Origin: Candidatus Eiseniibacteriota bacterium
Lineage (GTDB): Bacteria; Joyebacterota; Joyebacteria; Joyebacterales; Joyebacteraceae
Assembly (NCBI GenBank): GCA_030609365.1
Contig: JAUWCJ010000001.1
Location: 1,266-65,265, forward strand
DNA: 64,000 nt
Reading direction: 5' to 3'
Shown here one piece after another: positions 26,970 to 35,082 of this stretch. The notes under the pieces were generated by a model, which searched no databases, was not told the origin of the DNA, and saw only the letters and a program-made list of their open reading frames with translations. The position numbers were made by a program, and so were the translations under genes. How positions within the stretch are numbered: position 1 is the first letter of the stretch; each line of letters opens with the position of its first letter.

Positions 26970-27413
26970 CTATCCGTTCAGCTTCCTCAATGCCCCGACC
27001 ACACCCATCTGCGGCGCATCCGACATCATCACCTTCGTCAACCCGTCCGCGTCGACCTTCGGTGTCGCGAGCCGGATCCGCAGGACGATGGCCCTCAGCG
27101 CGTCACAGATGCTCGAGAACTCGACGCCCTTCGGGCACCTAGACGCGCATTGCAGACACGACGCGCACGTCCATATGGTCTTCGAACTCAGAACCTCGTC
27201 AATCTGGCCGAGCTGAAGAAGCCTGATGACCTCACTCGGGATTATGTCCATCTCTTCGACGACGGGACACCCGGCCGAGCACCTGCCGCACTGGTAGCAA
27301 GCAAGGATGCTCTGCCCGGAGAGCGTTTCCACCCGGTCGATGGCCTCGTCCTTGACCATGCCCGCGGTGAGCCTGAGTCTCATCGATACCTCCAGGGTAC
27401 AGCTATAGACCAA
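26970..27413 (-). CDS. hdrC: Heterodisulfide reductase subunit C-like (2x4Fe-4S)
   Basis: CYQCGRCSAGCP and CASCLQCASRCP motifs, ~147 aa. The true start may be the internal Met (MRLRL..). The gap to hdrB is 3 nt. Confidence 0.75.
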   Translation of the reverse strand: MVYSCTLEVSMRLRLTAGMVKDEAIDRVETLSGQSILACYQCGRCSAGCPVVEEMDIIPSEVIRLLQLGQIDEVLSSKTIWTCASCLQCASRCPKGVEFSSICDALRAIVLRIRLATPKVDADGLTKVMMSDAPQMGVVGALRKLNG

Positions 27414-27680
27414 TTCGACCGGCCCCGGCCGCTGCTCACGCGATGGGGTCGTTCAAAGCGCCAGCTGCCTGTCAGAGCCGCGTCAGCGCGGTCGGTCGGT
27501 ACGAAAACCAGTCACCGCAACGTCAGCGGTCGGCGCGGCGGTGACATGTCGGTTGGATACTCTACTATGGAGCGCGCCACGAGTCAACCGCTTTCGGCCG
27601 CAAAACCCCACGAAAACGGCACATTTCTGCCCGAACAGCCGTGGACCACGCTCGTCCGCACGGCAGCCCGGAGGCGGGCA

Positions 27681-27709
27681 TCGACAGCACGATGGCCGCG
27701 CTGTATAAT
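27681..27709 (+). promoter_or_regulatory. Sigma-70-like promoter TCGACA-17-TATAAT for the beta-helix secreted protein gene
   Basis: -35 TCGACA at 27681-27686, a 17-nt spacer and a perfect -10 TATAAT at 27704-27709. RBS AAGGAGAGGAGG is at 27717-27728 and the ATG at 27737. Confidence 0.5.
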
Positions 27710-27736
27710 TTTAGCAAGGAGAGGAGGCGTGTCACG

Positions 27737-28798
27737 ATGCGAATGAGACTGCAGTGTTGTGCATTGCTTCTGCTTGCCACCCTGCCGGCCGCCGTCTGTG
27801 CCGGAGTCATCGTCGTCGACCCCGTGGGTGGCGGCGACTACGACAACATACCCGAGGCCATGTTCCACGGTACGGCTGACGACACGGTGCTCGTGTTGCC
27901 GGGCTTCTACGAGGTGGAGACGGGCATTCCTTACCCGTGGCCCATCCTCCTGACGGCCGACAGCCCCGCGCTCGTCAGCCAGGGAGGTGCTGCGCTGACG
28001 CTCATTTTCGGCAACGGTCTGATGCCGGCCCTCGACGTACGGGACGATACGTTCGGCGCGCGGGCCTTCATAGCAGGATTCACGTTCCAGTGGCTGGAGA
28101 CGCCGCTGGACTGGGGCTATCCGACGAGCGGGACCGTCTACTTCACGGACAACATCGTGAAGGGGTGCGAGACGGGAGTGGACGTCCGCATGGGTGAAGG
28201 GCTGGTCGCCAGAAACCTTATCGAGGGACCGGGCACCTACGGGATCCAGACCGGGCACTTCGAGGGCGTGATAGAGGACAACGAGGTGCACGGGTTCAAG
28301 GACGGCATCACGGGCGCGGACGGGAACACGGTGATACAGCGAAACCACATCCACGACAACGGGATCAGCGGTGTGGCGGGGTTCAACGACTGCATCGCCA
28401 TCGACAATGTCGTTGAGGACAACGGCTGGGCCGGGTTCAGCATCTCGTTCGACGCCCACCTGACGGGCAACGTCATCCGTGGCAACGGCACGGGCATCAA
28501 CTTCTGGGGTGGACCGCACAACGGGTTCCTGAACGGGAACGACATCTACGACAACGCGGAGTTCGCCGTGCACTCATACTGCGAAGAGCACATCCCCGTC
28601 CCGCCCGACTTCGACGCCACCATGAACTGGTGGGGTACAACCGACCCGGACGAAATCGCGGCGAGCATCGACGACTGCCACGACAGCATGTGGTCGGCCG
28701 TATGTTTCGTCGTCGAGCCGTGGTGCACGGCGCCCGGGTGCGACCCCACGCCCGCCGAGCTGTCGAGCTGGGGCGCGATCAAGGCTCTGTATAGATGA
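27737..28798 (+). CDS. Secreted right-handed parallel beta-helix repeat protein ending in SWGAIKALYR tag
   Basis: The start at MRMRLQCCALLLLATLPAAVCAG (signal peptide) is preferred to the longer ORF start at 27641. Repeated N-x-I-x-x-N / GxxG beta-helix turns run from NIVKGCETGVDV to GNDIYDNAEF, with an NWWGTTDPDEIAASIDD motif. The extreme C-terminus is ELSSWGAIKALYR. Confidence 0.6.
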   Translation: MRMRLQCCALLLLATLPAAVCAGVIVVDPVGGGDYDNIPEAMFHGTADDTVLVLPGFYEVETGIPYPWPILLTADSPALVSQGGAALTLIFGNGLMPALDVRDDTFGARAFIAGFTFQWLETPLDWGYPTSGTVYFTDNIVKGCETGVDVRMGEGLVARNLIEGPGTYGIQTGHFEGVIEDNEVHGFKDGITGADGNTVIQRNHIHDNGISGVAGFNDCIAIDNVVEDNGWAGFSISFDAHLTGNVIRGNGTGINFWGGPHNGFLNGNDIYDNAEFAVHSYCEEHIPVPPDFDATMNWWGTTDPDEIAASIDDCHDSMWSAVCFVVEPWCTAPGCDPTPAELSSWGAIKALYR

Positions 28799-29784
28799 TG
28801 GCAGAAGAACGGATCAGAAATGGATCGGCCGAGCCGGGGCTGAAACCCCGGCTCGGCGTCAGTACCTGTCTCCTGGGCGAGAACGTCCGCTACGACGGCA
28901 CGGAGAAGAGCGACCCGATCCTGCTTGGGGCGTTCGGAGACGCCGTTGAATGGGTGCCCATCTGCCCCGAGGTCGAGTGCGGCATGACCGTGCCCAGAGA
29001 CCCGATGCACCTGGCCGACGACCCGGACTCTCCGAGGCTCGTGACGACGGCCACGGGCGAGGACCAGACGGGGCGCATGCAGACGTGGATGCGGTCCCGT
29101 CTCGACGAGCTCGCCGGCTGTGACCCCTGGGGATTCGTGCTGAAGAGCAGATCACCCAGCTGCGGGCGGAGCGCTGTGCCGGTGCTGGACTCGACGGGCG
29201 CGCCGGCGGGCGAGGCCGCCGGGCTCTTCGCCGCCGCAGTCGCCGTGCGCTTCCCGCTGTTGCCGGTCGCGGACGAGAGCAGTCTGCGTGACGACTCGAT
29301 GTGGGACAACTTCATCGAGCGTCTCTTCTGCCTGAAGAGATACCGCGACTCCATGCAGCCGGAGGGGAGCCGCGAATCGCTGGTCGCGTTCCACGCCGCG
29401 CATGAGCTTCAGCTCATGGCGCACGACCGGGACGTTCTCCATGAGATGGAGGAACTGGTGGCGCGCTCGAGGAAGCTCCCACTGGATGAACTCTCTGCCA
29501 GATACGAGGAGCTCCTGACGACGGCGATGGAGTTCGTGGCCACCCCGGCGCAGAGTGCCGACGCTTTCCTGCACGCCCTGGGCCTCCTCGAGCGCTACAT
29601 GAACCCCGGCGAGAGGCAGGATGCGCTCGAGCTCATTGAGGAGCACCGCGGCGGGCGCGTCCCCTTGACCGTTCCCACGAAGCTCCTCGGGCGCTACATC
29701 CAGAAGTACCGCGTGGAGCACCTCGCCACTCAGTCCTGTTTCGCCTCGCACCCCAACGAACTGAAACTGCGAAATCGCTCCTGA
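28795..29784 (+). CDS. DUF523 (TudS-like) + DUF1722 fusion protein (YbgA family)
   Basis: N-terminal LGVSTCLLGENVRYDG..ILLGAFGDAVEWVPICPEVECGM matches DUF523 (Cys-rich 4Fe-4S site). The C-terminal helical half (..LVAFHAAHELQLMAH..) matches DUF1722. Confidence 0.65.
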   Translation: MMAEERIRNGSAEPGLKPRLGVSTCLLGENVRYDGTEKSDPILLGAFGDAVEWVPICPEVECGMTVPRDPMHLADDPDSPRLVTTATGEDQTGRMQTWMRSRLDELAGCDPWGFVLKSRSPSCGRSAVPVLDSTGAPAGEAAGLFAAAVAVRFPLLPVADESSLRDDSMWDNFIERLFCLKRYRDSMQPEGSRESLVAFHAAHELQLMAHDRDVLHEMEELVARSRKLPLDELSARYEELLTTAMEFVATPAQSADAFLHALGLLERYMNPGERQDALELIEEHRGGRVPLTVPTKLLGRYIQKYRVEHLATQSCFASHPNELKLRNRS

Positions 29785-29864
29785 ATCCGGCTCTGGCGCG
29801 GACGCGGGGCAACACAAGACGGCGCGCACAGGCGGCGCGGCCGGAGGAAGCGGAGTGACGCACC

Positions 29865-30650
29865 ATGGGCGAACTCGAGGTCAGGGAACTCAGGTCCGGC
29901 GAGGAATCACTATGGCTCGGGTCTGATGCGGAAGGCGGGCCCGGTGCGGACGGCGAATCCGAGAAGCTCACCAAGTTCCGCCGCTTGTTCGAGGAGCGGT
30001 CCTCGCAGGACCCCCGCTCGTTTCTCGTGGCACTCGACGGGCCACGCGCCGCCGGGCGACTGAAGGGACTCTTCCTCAGCGACAAGCTCTACTTCGTCCA
30101 GGAACTCCACTGCGCGGAGGGTCTCCCCTGCAGCGTGGTCGAGGACGCGCTTGCGAGCTTCCTCGGTGACTCGTTCTCGCGCGACGGCATCGGGATCCTG
30201 AGCTGGGACCGGACGAAGAGCGCGGAGACCAACGCCGCGCTCGAGCGCGCGGGGCTTCTGATCGAGAAGAAGAAGGTGTTCGTTGCTCGCGGCCTGAAGG
30301 GTGACCTCCCCCGGCCCGGGACGCACTTCGCGTTCCGGACGCTTGCAGAGGCCGGGAAGGACGAGTTCCTGCCCGTGATGACGGAGGCCGCGGCTACGGG
30401 CGGGCCCTGCACGCCTCGGGGCTTTCGATGCTCGCTGAGCGCGGCGTCACACGGTACGTGGGCTCCACCGACACGCGGAACGGCCCGATGCTCAAGGTCT
30501 TCGAAGCGAACGGATGCCCGCAGACCGGCATACAGCGCTTCTACAAGCCCCCCGCCCGGTAGCGGCGGCGCACCGGACCGATTCTCGTTCGCGGTAGCAG
30601 CGGCAGTGTGCCCGATTCTCCTTTTGACTGCAGGCAAGCTCTCCCTATAG
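29865..30650 (+). CDS. GNAT-like acetyltransferase candidate, probably frameshifted near 30400-30430
   Basis: The first ~180 aa read as a protein (..ALERAGLLIEKKKVFVARGL..). After ~30420 the called frame becomes low-complexity. The +2 frame gives a clean GNAT-like C-terminus ..LAERGVTRYVGSTDTRNGPMLKVFEANGCPQTGIQRFYKPPAR* ending at 30562. Confidence 0.35.
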   Translation: MGELEVRELRSGEESLWLGSDAEGGPGADGESEKLTKFRRLFEERSSQDPRSFLVALDGPRAAGRLKGLFLSDKLYFVQELHCAEGLPCSVVEDALASFLGDSFSRDGIGILSWDRTKSAETNAALERAGLLIEKKKVFVARGLKGDLPRPGTHFAFRTLAEAGKDEFLPVMTEAAATGGPCTPRGFRCSLSAASHGTWAPPTRGTARCSRSSKRTDARRPAYSASTSPPPGSGGAPDRFSFAVAAAVCPILLLTAGKLSL

Positions 30651-30702
30651 AGTCATCTCTACGTATAGTCATCTCCATCATGGAGTCGTCTTCACTGACG
30701 AC
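30624..30702 (+). promoter_or_regulatory. Promoter-like TTGACT-16-TATAGA plus operator-like repeats upstream of the XDH-family operon
   Basis: -35 TTGACT at 30624-30629 and -10 TATAGA at 30646-30651. Direct repeats TATAGAGTCATCTC (30646-30659) and TATAGTCATCTCC (30664-30676). Palindrome TCCATCATGGA (30674-30684). Inverted repeat GTCGTC-N6-GACGAC (30685-30702). The region is AT-rich for this genome. Confidence 0.4.
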
Positions 30703-30739
30703 ATCCTGTCCTCCGGAGAACCGCTCCCGACGAGGTGAA

Positions 30740-33085
30740 ATGAGCAAGCGAGAGATTCAGGATGGTCCGCCCGAGAGGGACCGCACCGCGGCGGTCGGCG
30801 CGCCGGTCAAGCGCGTTGACGCGTCCGACAAGGTCACCGGACGGGCCGTCTATCTGGACGACATGGTCATGCCCGGCGTCCTGCACGCCGCGCTGGTCTT
30901 CCCCGGGTGCGCCCACGCGGTGCTCAGAGGGGTGGACGCGTCGGCCGCGAGGTCGATGGCTGGCGTGCGTTCCGTCCTGACAGCCGACGACATCCCCGGA
31001 GAGAATCAGGTCGGCGTCATCGATACCGATCAGCCGCTTCTTCCCTTCGACAGGATAAGATACGAAGGAGACGCCGTGGCCGTCGTTGTGGCCGAGACGG
31101 CGGTGCTGGCACGCGAGGCGGCGGACGCCGTGTCCGTCGACCTGACGGAACTGCCGGGCGTCTTCGACGCCGTCCGTGCGATGGAGCCGGACGCGCCGCT
31201 CGTTCACGAGAGCGGGAACGTTTTCCTCCACGACAAGGTCAGGAAGGGCGATGTCGACGCCGGGTTCGATGCGGCCGACATCATAGTGGAGCGCGAGTTC
31301 CGCACCCACCACCAGGAACACTGCTACCTCGAGCCTCTGGCGGCGCTCGCTGTACCTGCGGACAACGGGTCGATGACGGTCTACGGGACGATGCAGTGCC
31401 CGTTCTACGTGCAGAAGGCCGTGGCCGATGTGCTGGGGCTTCCACTCGCATCCGTCCGCGTCATCCAGACCGTCACGGGCGGTGGGTTCGGTGGGAAGGA
31501 GGATGTACCCAGCGAGATTTGTGCGTGCGCGGCGCTCGCCGCGTGGAAGACGGGAAGCGCGGTCAAGCTCGTCTACTCCCGGGAAGAGGATTTCCTCCGC
31601 TCGAGCAAGCGCCATCCCATGCGCGTGACGTTCAAGCTGGGCGCCAAGCGCGACGGCACGTTCACGGCCGCGAAGATTCGCGCGGTCGCGGATGGCGGAG
31701 CCTACACGACACTGTCCCCGGTCGTCGTGTTCCGCGCGGCCGCGCACGCGACGGGCCCCTACGAGATCCCGAATGTCTGGACAGACGTCTACGGCGTCTA
31801 CACCAACCGCCAGACGGCGGGCGCATTCAGGGGGTTCGGGCAACCTCAGGTCATCTTCGCCAACGAATCGGTCATAGACGAGGTGGCCGACGCCATCGGG
31901 ATGGACCCCGTGGACATCCGTCTCAAGAACTGCCTGGACGTCGGGAAGCGGACGGCGACGAACCAGCTTCTGACAGAGAGCGTGGGGCTGAGAGAGACGC
32001 TTGAACTCGCACGGGAGCTCTCGGGATGGGACGGGAAGCGGGCGGCGCAGGGAGGACGCGGCGGCGAACAACCGGGACGCGCATCGGACGCTCGCGACCA
32101 CATCAAGCGCGGCATCGGGGTCGGGTCCATCTATTACGGTGTCAGCCTGGGCGCGAAGGGACTGGCGCTCGACGGGTCCGGCGCCCACATCAACGTCTAC
32201 CGCGACGGCTCGGTCAGGATCGGCGTGGGCGGCACAGAGATGGGACAGGGCCTCCTGACCGTACTCGCACAGATCGCGGCCGACAGTCTCGGCGTGCCGG
32301 TCGGCTTCGTTCACGTCGAACGCGCGGACACGAGCGTCGTCCCGGACAGCGGCCCGAGCGTCGCTTCGCGGACCACACTCATGACTGGAAACGCCGTGAT
32401 CGACGCCGCGCGGAAGCTTAGGACCGTCATGGGAGAGGTCGCGGCCGACAGTCTGGGGCTCGACCCGAGCGAGATCGAGTTCGATGGTGGTACCGTCGGT
32501 TCAGCAGAGAAGAACGTGACCTTCGCGGAGCTCGCCGAGCAGTGTTGGGTGAGAAACGTCAGCACGGCCGCCGACGGCTGGTACGCCGCACCCGAGTCCA
32601 CGTTCGACGAGAACGGCCAGGGTGACGCCTACGCCGTCTACTCGTACGCGACACACGTAGCGGAGATTGAAGTGGACACGGAGACCGGACGGGTAACGGT
32701 CGTGAGGATCACGGCCGCGCACGACGTCGGGCGAGTGATGAACCCCGTGACGCTCGAGGGGCAGATAGAGGGAGGCGTGCTGCAGGGCATCGGGATGGCG
32801 CTCTACGAGCAGATGAAGAGCAAGGGCGGAGCGGTCGTGACGCCGGACTTCTCCACCTACATCATCCCCACGGCGATGGACACGCCGGCGATCCGGACCG
32901 TGTTCGTCGAGGATCCCTATTCGAAAGGTCCCTTCGGCGCGAAGGGCATCGGCGAGACTCCGGCCATGCCGGGAGCCGTTGCCGTGGCGAATGCCGTGTC
33001 CAATGCGCTCGGCGTGCGATTCCACGAGCTGCCCCTGACCCCTGAGCGCGTCAGGCGGGCGGTGTCTGAGAGGAAGAATTCATGA
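30740..33085 (+). CDS. Xanthine dehydrogenase/aldehyde oxidase family molybdopterin-binding subunit (orphan large subunit)
   Basis: The start at MSKREIQ.. (RBS GAGGTGA 5 nt upstream) is preferred over the ORF start at 30608. Ald_Xan_dh hammerhead and MoCo-binding domain motifs are present (..KRVDASDKVTGRAVYLDDM.., ..QTVTGGGFGGKED.., ..GVSLGAKG.., ..IEGGVLQGIGMALYE..). It has no signal/Tat motif, no N-terminal 2Fe-2S domain and no adjacent small or FAD subunit genes. Confidence 0.85.
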   Translation: MSKREIQDGPPERDRTAAVGAPVKRVDASDKVTGRAVYLDDMVMPGVLHAALVFPGCAHAVLRGVDASAARSMAGVRSVLTADDIPGENQVGVIDTDQPLLPFDRIRYEGDAVAVVVAETAVLAREAADAVSVDLTELPGVFDAVRAMEPDAPLVHESGNVFLHDKVRKGDVDAGFDAADIIVEREFRTHHQEHCYLEPLAALAVPADNGSMTVYGTMQCPFYVQKAVADVLGLPLASVRVIQTVTGGGFGGKEDVPSEICACAALAAWKTGSAVKLVYSREEDFLRSSKRHPMRVTFKLGAKRDGTFTAAKIRAVADGGAYTTLSPVVVFRAAAHATGPYEIPNVWTDVYGVYTNRQTAGAFRGFGQPQVIFANESVIDEVADAIGMDPVDIRLKNCLDVGKRTATNQLLTESVGLRETLELARELSGWDGKRAAQGGRGGEQPGRASDARDHIKRGIGVGSIYYGVSLGAKGLALDGSGAHINVYRDGSVRIGVGGTEMGQGLLTVLAQIAADSLGVPVGFVHVERADTSVVPDSGPSVASRTTLMTGNAVIDAARKLRTVMGEVAADSLGLDPSEIEFDGGTVGSAEKNVTFAELAEQCWVRNVSTAADGWYAAPESTFDENGQGDAYAVYSYATHVAEIEVDTETGRVTVVRITAAHDVGRVMNPVTLEGQIEGGVLQGIGMALYEQMKSKGGAVVTPDFSTYIIPTAMDTPAIRTVFVEDPYSKGPFGAKGIGETPAMPGAVAVANAVSNALGVRFHELPLTPERVRRAVSERKNS

Positions 33086-35082
33086 GATGCCACGCAGGAC
33101 CGTCCGCACCGTTGCTGACGCTCCTCATGCTCGCCGTGGCGCTCGCTGCCGCGACCGCCACGGCGAGCGAGTCTCCGGATGCAGGAAACCATGGCAGCGC
33201 CGAGTACCTGCCCATGCGAGATTCGTCCAAGCTCCTCGCTGCCTCGCCGTCCGCCGGCGTGATGGAGGAGGCTCTGCGAGCTCTCGCCCTCACGCGTGAC
33301 GACCTCTCGTTCCGGACGGACTACGCCGACCAGCCGGATTCGTTCCGGATAGCCGTGGTCGACCGGCTGCTCGCGCGCCCTCTCGAGACGGAGAGCTACG
33401 TCGCAGGGTTCGCGGATGAGATCTGCGCCATCGCCTCTCTGGAGGGACTCGTGGGCATCTGCGCCCGCGACCTCGATCTGATCATCGATGAACCGACGCG
33501 CGTCGAACCAACGGAGCCCATGGAACCCAAGTCGATCGGACCGACCGCGCTCGATGTGCTGCTGCCCGCGATGAGTGAGGCCGCGGGGCTGATCGCCACG
33601 GCGTTCGATGGCCTGTCGGAGGAGCAGCGGCGGTTCGTGGCGCTTCACGCGCCGTCGATCCTGGACGAGGAAGAGTTCGACCCGGACCGGCCGATCGACG
33701 AACGGGACCGCGAGGCCGAGGAGGAAGAGGCGCTCGCGGACGAGCTCCTCCGCATTGCCAGTCTCGTTGACTACGATCGTCTGGCGGCCGCGGGCGCCGT
33801 GATAGCGCGAGCGGTTGACAGCTCCATCCCGCTCCTGGTGGACGACCCGATGAACCTCCCGAGAACGCATACCGACTACGAGCTCGAGAGGACGGCTTCC
33901 TCGTGGCTGGCCTCGGGCGACGTCCTGAACATCATGGAGACAGAGGCAGGGACCGTGATCATCGGGGGGCCGGGACGTACCACATATAGAGGGGGCGTCG
34001 CGCTCATCATCGATGTCGGCGGCGACGACGTATACGTGGGCGACGTGGCAGCGGCCCTGAGGGATCTTCCCGTGTCCATCGTGATAGACCTCTCCGGCGA
34101 CGACATCTACCGCGGTGACACGCACTCGCTGGGCGCGGGGTTCATGGGTGTAGGCGTGCTCGCGGATCTCGAGGGTGACGATGTTTACACCGCAGGAGAC
34201 TTCTCGCTGGGTGCGGGTCTGTTCGGGGTCGGGATTCTGGTGGACGCAGCGGGCAACGACAGCTACTCGGGCGACACGTGCACCGAGGGCGCCGGCGCGT
34301 TCGGCATCGGAGTCCACCGGGACAAGGGCGGCAACGACAGCTATAACGCCGCGCTCTTCTCGCAGGCTTTCGGGTTCGTCGGAGGCGCGGGGCTGCTGCA
34401 CGATGTGGCAGGGAACGACGTCTACTTCGCTGGAGGGAAGTACACCGACGAGATACGGTACTTCGACCACTACATCAGCCTCTCACAAGGATTCGGGTTC
34501 GGCTGGCGGCCCGACGCCTCCGGTGGCATCGGGATCCTCATCGACGAGGCCGGGAACGATGTCTACGTCTCCGATATATTCGGCCAGGGTTCAAGCTACT
34601 GGTTCGCGGTCGGGGGGCTGGTCGACTACAGCGGGAACGACCAGTACGTCTCCTACCAGTACGCCCAGGGCGCGGGCACTCACATCACGGTCGCCGCACT
34701 GATCGACTGCGACGGCGATGACAACTACGTGTCGAAGGGCGTGTCGCAGGGGTGTGGCCACGATCTTGCCGTAGGCATCCTGCACGACCTGGCCGGTGAC
34801 GACAGCTACACCTGCCACGACCTCTCCCAGGCCGCCGGAAACGCCAACGGCATCGGGATCCTGATGGACGACGCGGGCAACGACGCGTACTCGGTCCGGA
34901 ACCCGAACAACACACACGGGTATGGGAACCTCCGGCGCGACTATGGGAGCATCGGCGTCTTCCTGGACTGCGGTGGCGCCGACTCCTACTCCGGCAGAGG
35001 AGCGGACGGCACGTGGTGGACCGGGAGCATGCACGGCATCGGGGTCGATGAGGAGAAGGCGTTGGGAGGTGGTGCTGAATGA
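33082..35082 (+). CDS. Secreted protein with ~12 tandem ~26-aa GxGxhxDxxGNDxY repeats (predicted beta-helix/beta-roll-like)
   Basis: Signal peptide MRCHAGPSAPLLTLLMLAVALAAATATA. Residues ~305-655 are repeats such as VSIVIDLSGDDIYRGDTHSLGAGFMG, VGVLADLEGDDVYTAGDFSLGAGLFG and VGILVDAAGNDSYSGDTCTEGAGAFG. The start overlaps the XDH stop (ATGA). Confidence 0.6.
   Translation: MRCHAGPSAPLLTLLMLAVALAAATATASESPDAGNHGSAEYLPMRDSSKLLAASPSAGVMEEALRALALTRDDLSFRTDYADQPDSFRIAVVDRLLARPLETESYVAGFADEICAIASLEGLVGICARDLDLIIDEPTRVEPTEPMEPKSIGPTALDVLLPAMSEAAGLIATAFDGLSEEQRRFVALHAPSILDEEEFDPDRPIDERDREAEEEEALADELLRIASLVDYDRLAAAGAVIARAVDSSIPLLVDDPMNLPRTHTDYELERTASSWLASGDVLNIMETEAGTVIIGGPGRTTYRGGVALIIDVGGDDVYVGDVAAALRDLPVSIVIDLSGDDIYRGDTHSLGAGFMGVGVLADLEGDDVYTAGDFSLGAGLFGVGILVDAAGNDSYSGDTCTEGAGAFGIGVHRDKGGNDSYNAALFSQAFGFVGGAGLLHDVAGNDVYFAGGKYTDEIRYFDHYISLSQGFGFGWRPDASGGIGILIDEAGNDVYVSDIFGQGSSYWFAVGGLVDYSGNDQYVSYQYAQGAGTHITVAALIDCDGDDNYVSKGVSQGCGHDLAVGILHDLAGDDSYTCHDLSQAAGNANGIGILMDDAGNDAYSVRNPNNTHGYGNLRRDYGSIGVFLDCGGADSYSGRGADGTWWTGSMHGIGVDEEKALGGGAE
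33994..35050 (+). repeat. In-frame tandem repeat array (about 12 units of ~78 nt) encoding the GNDxY repeats
   Basis: The periodicity is visible in the translation: each unit is hydrophobic-G-h-L-h-D-x-x-G-(N/D)-D-x-Y followed by a Gly-rich linker. The units have diverged at the nucleotide level, so they are not recent duplicates. Confidence 0.5.

Noticed and set aside
30608-30739. Longer N-terminus (ORF start 30608) for the XDH-family protein
   Set aside because: The extension overlaps the previous gene and contains the repeat/palindrome-rich AT-rich leader. XDH-family large subunits begin with the ..KRVDAxxKVTG.. region, which follows the SD-supported ATG at 30740.
33994-35050. Possible CRISPR-like or non-coding tandem repeat array
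   Set aside because: The periodicity is strictly in-frame within a long ORF that has a signal peptide, and the units are diverged at the DNA level. It is a protein repeat, not a CRISPR or satellite array. No cas genes or spacer-like unique segments are present.
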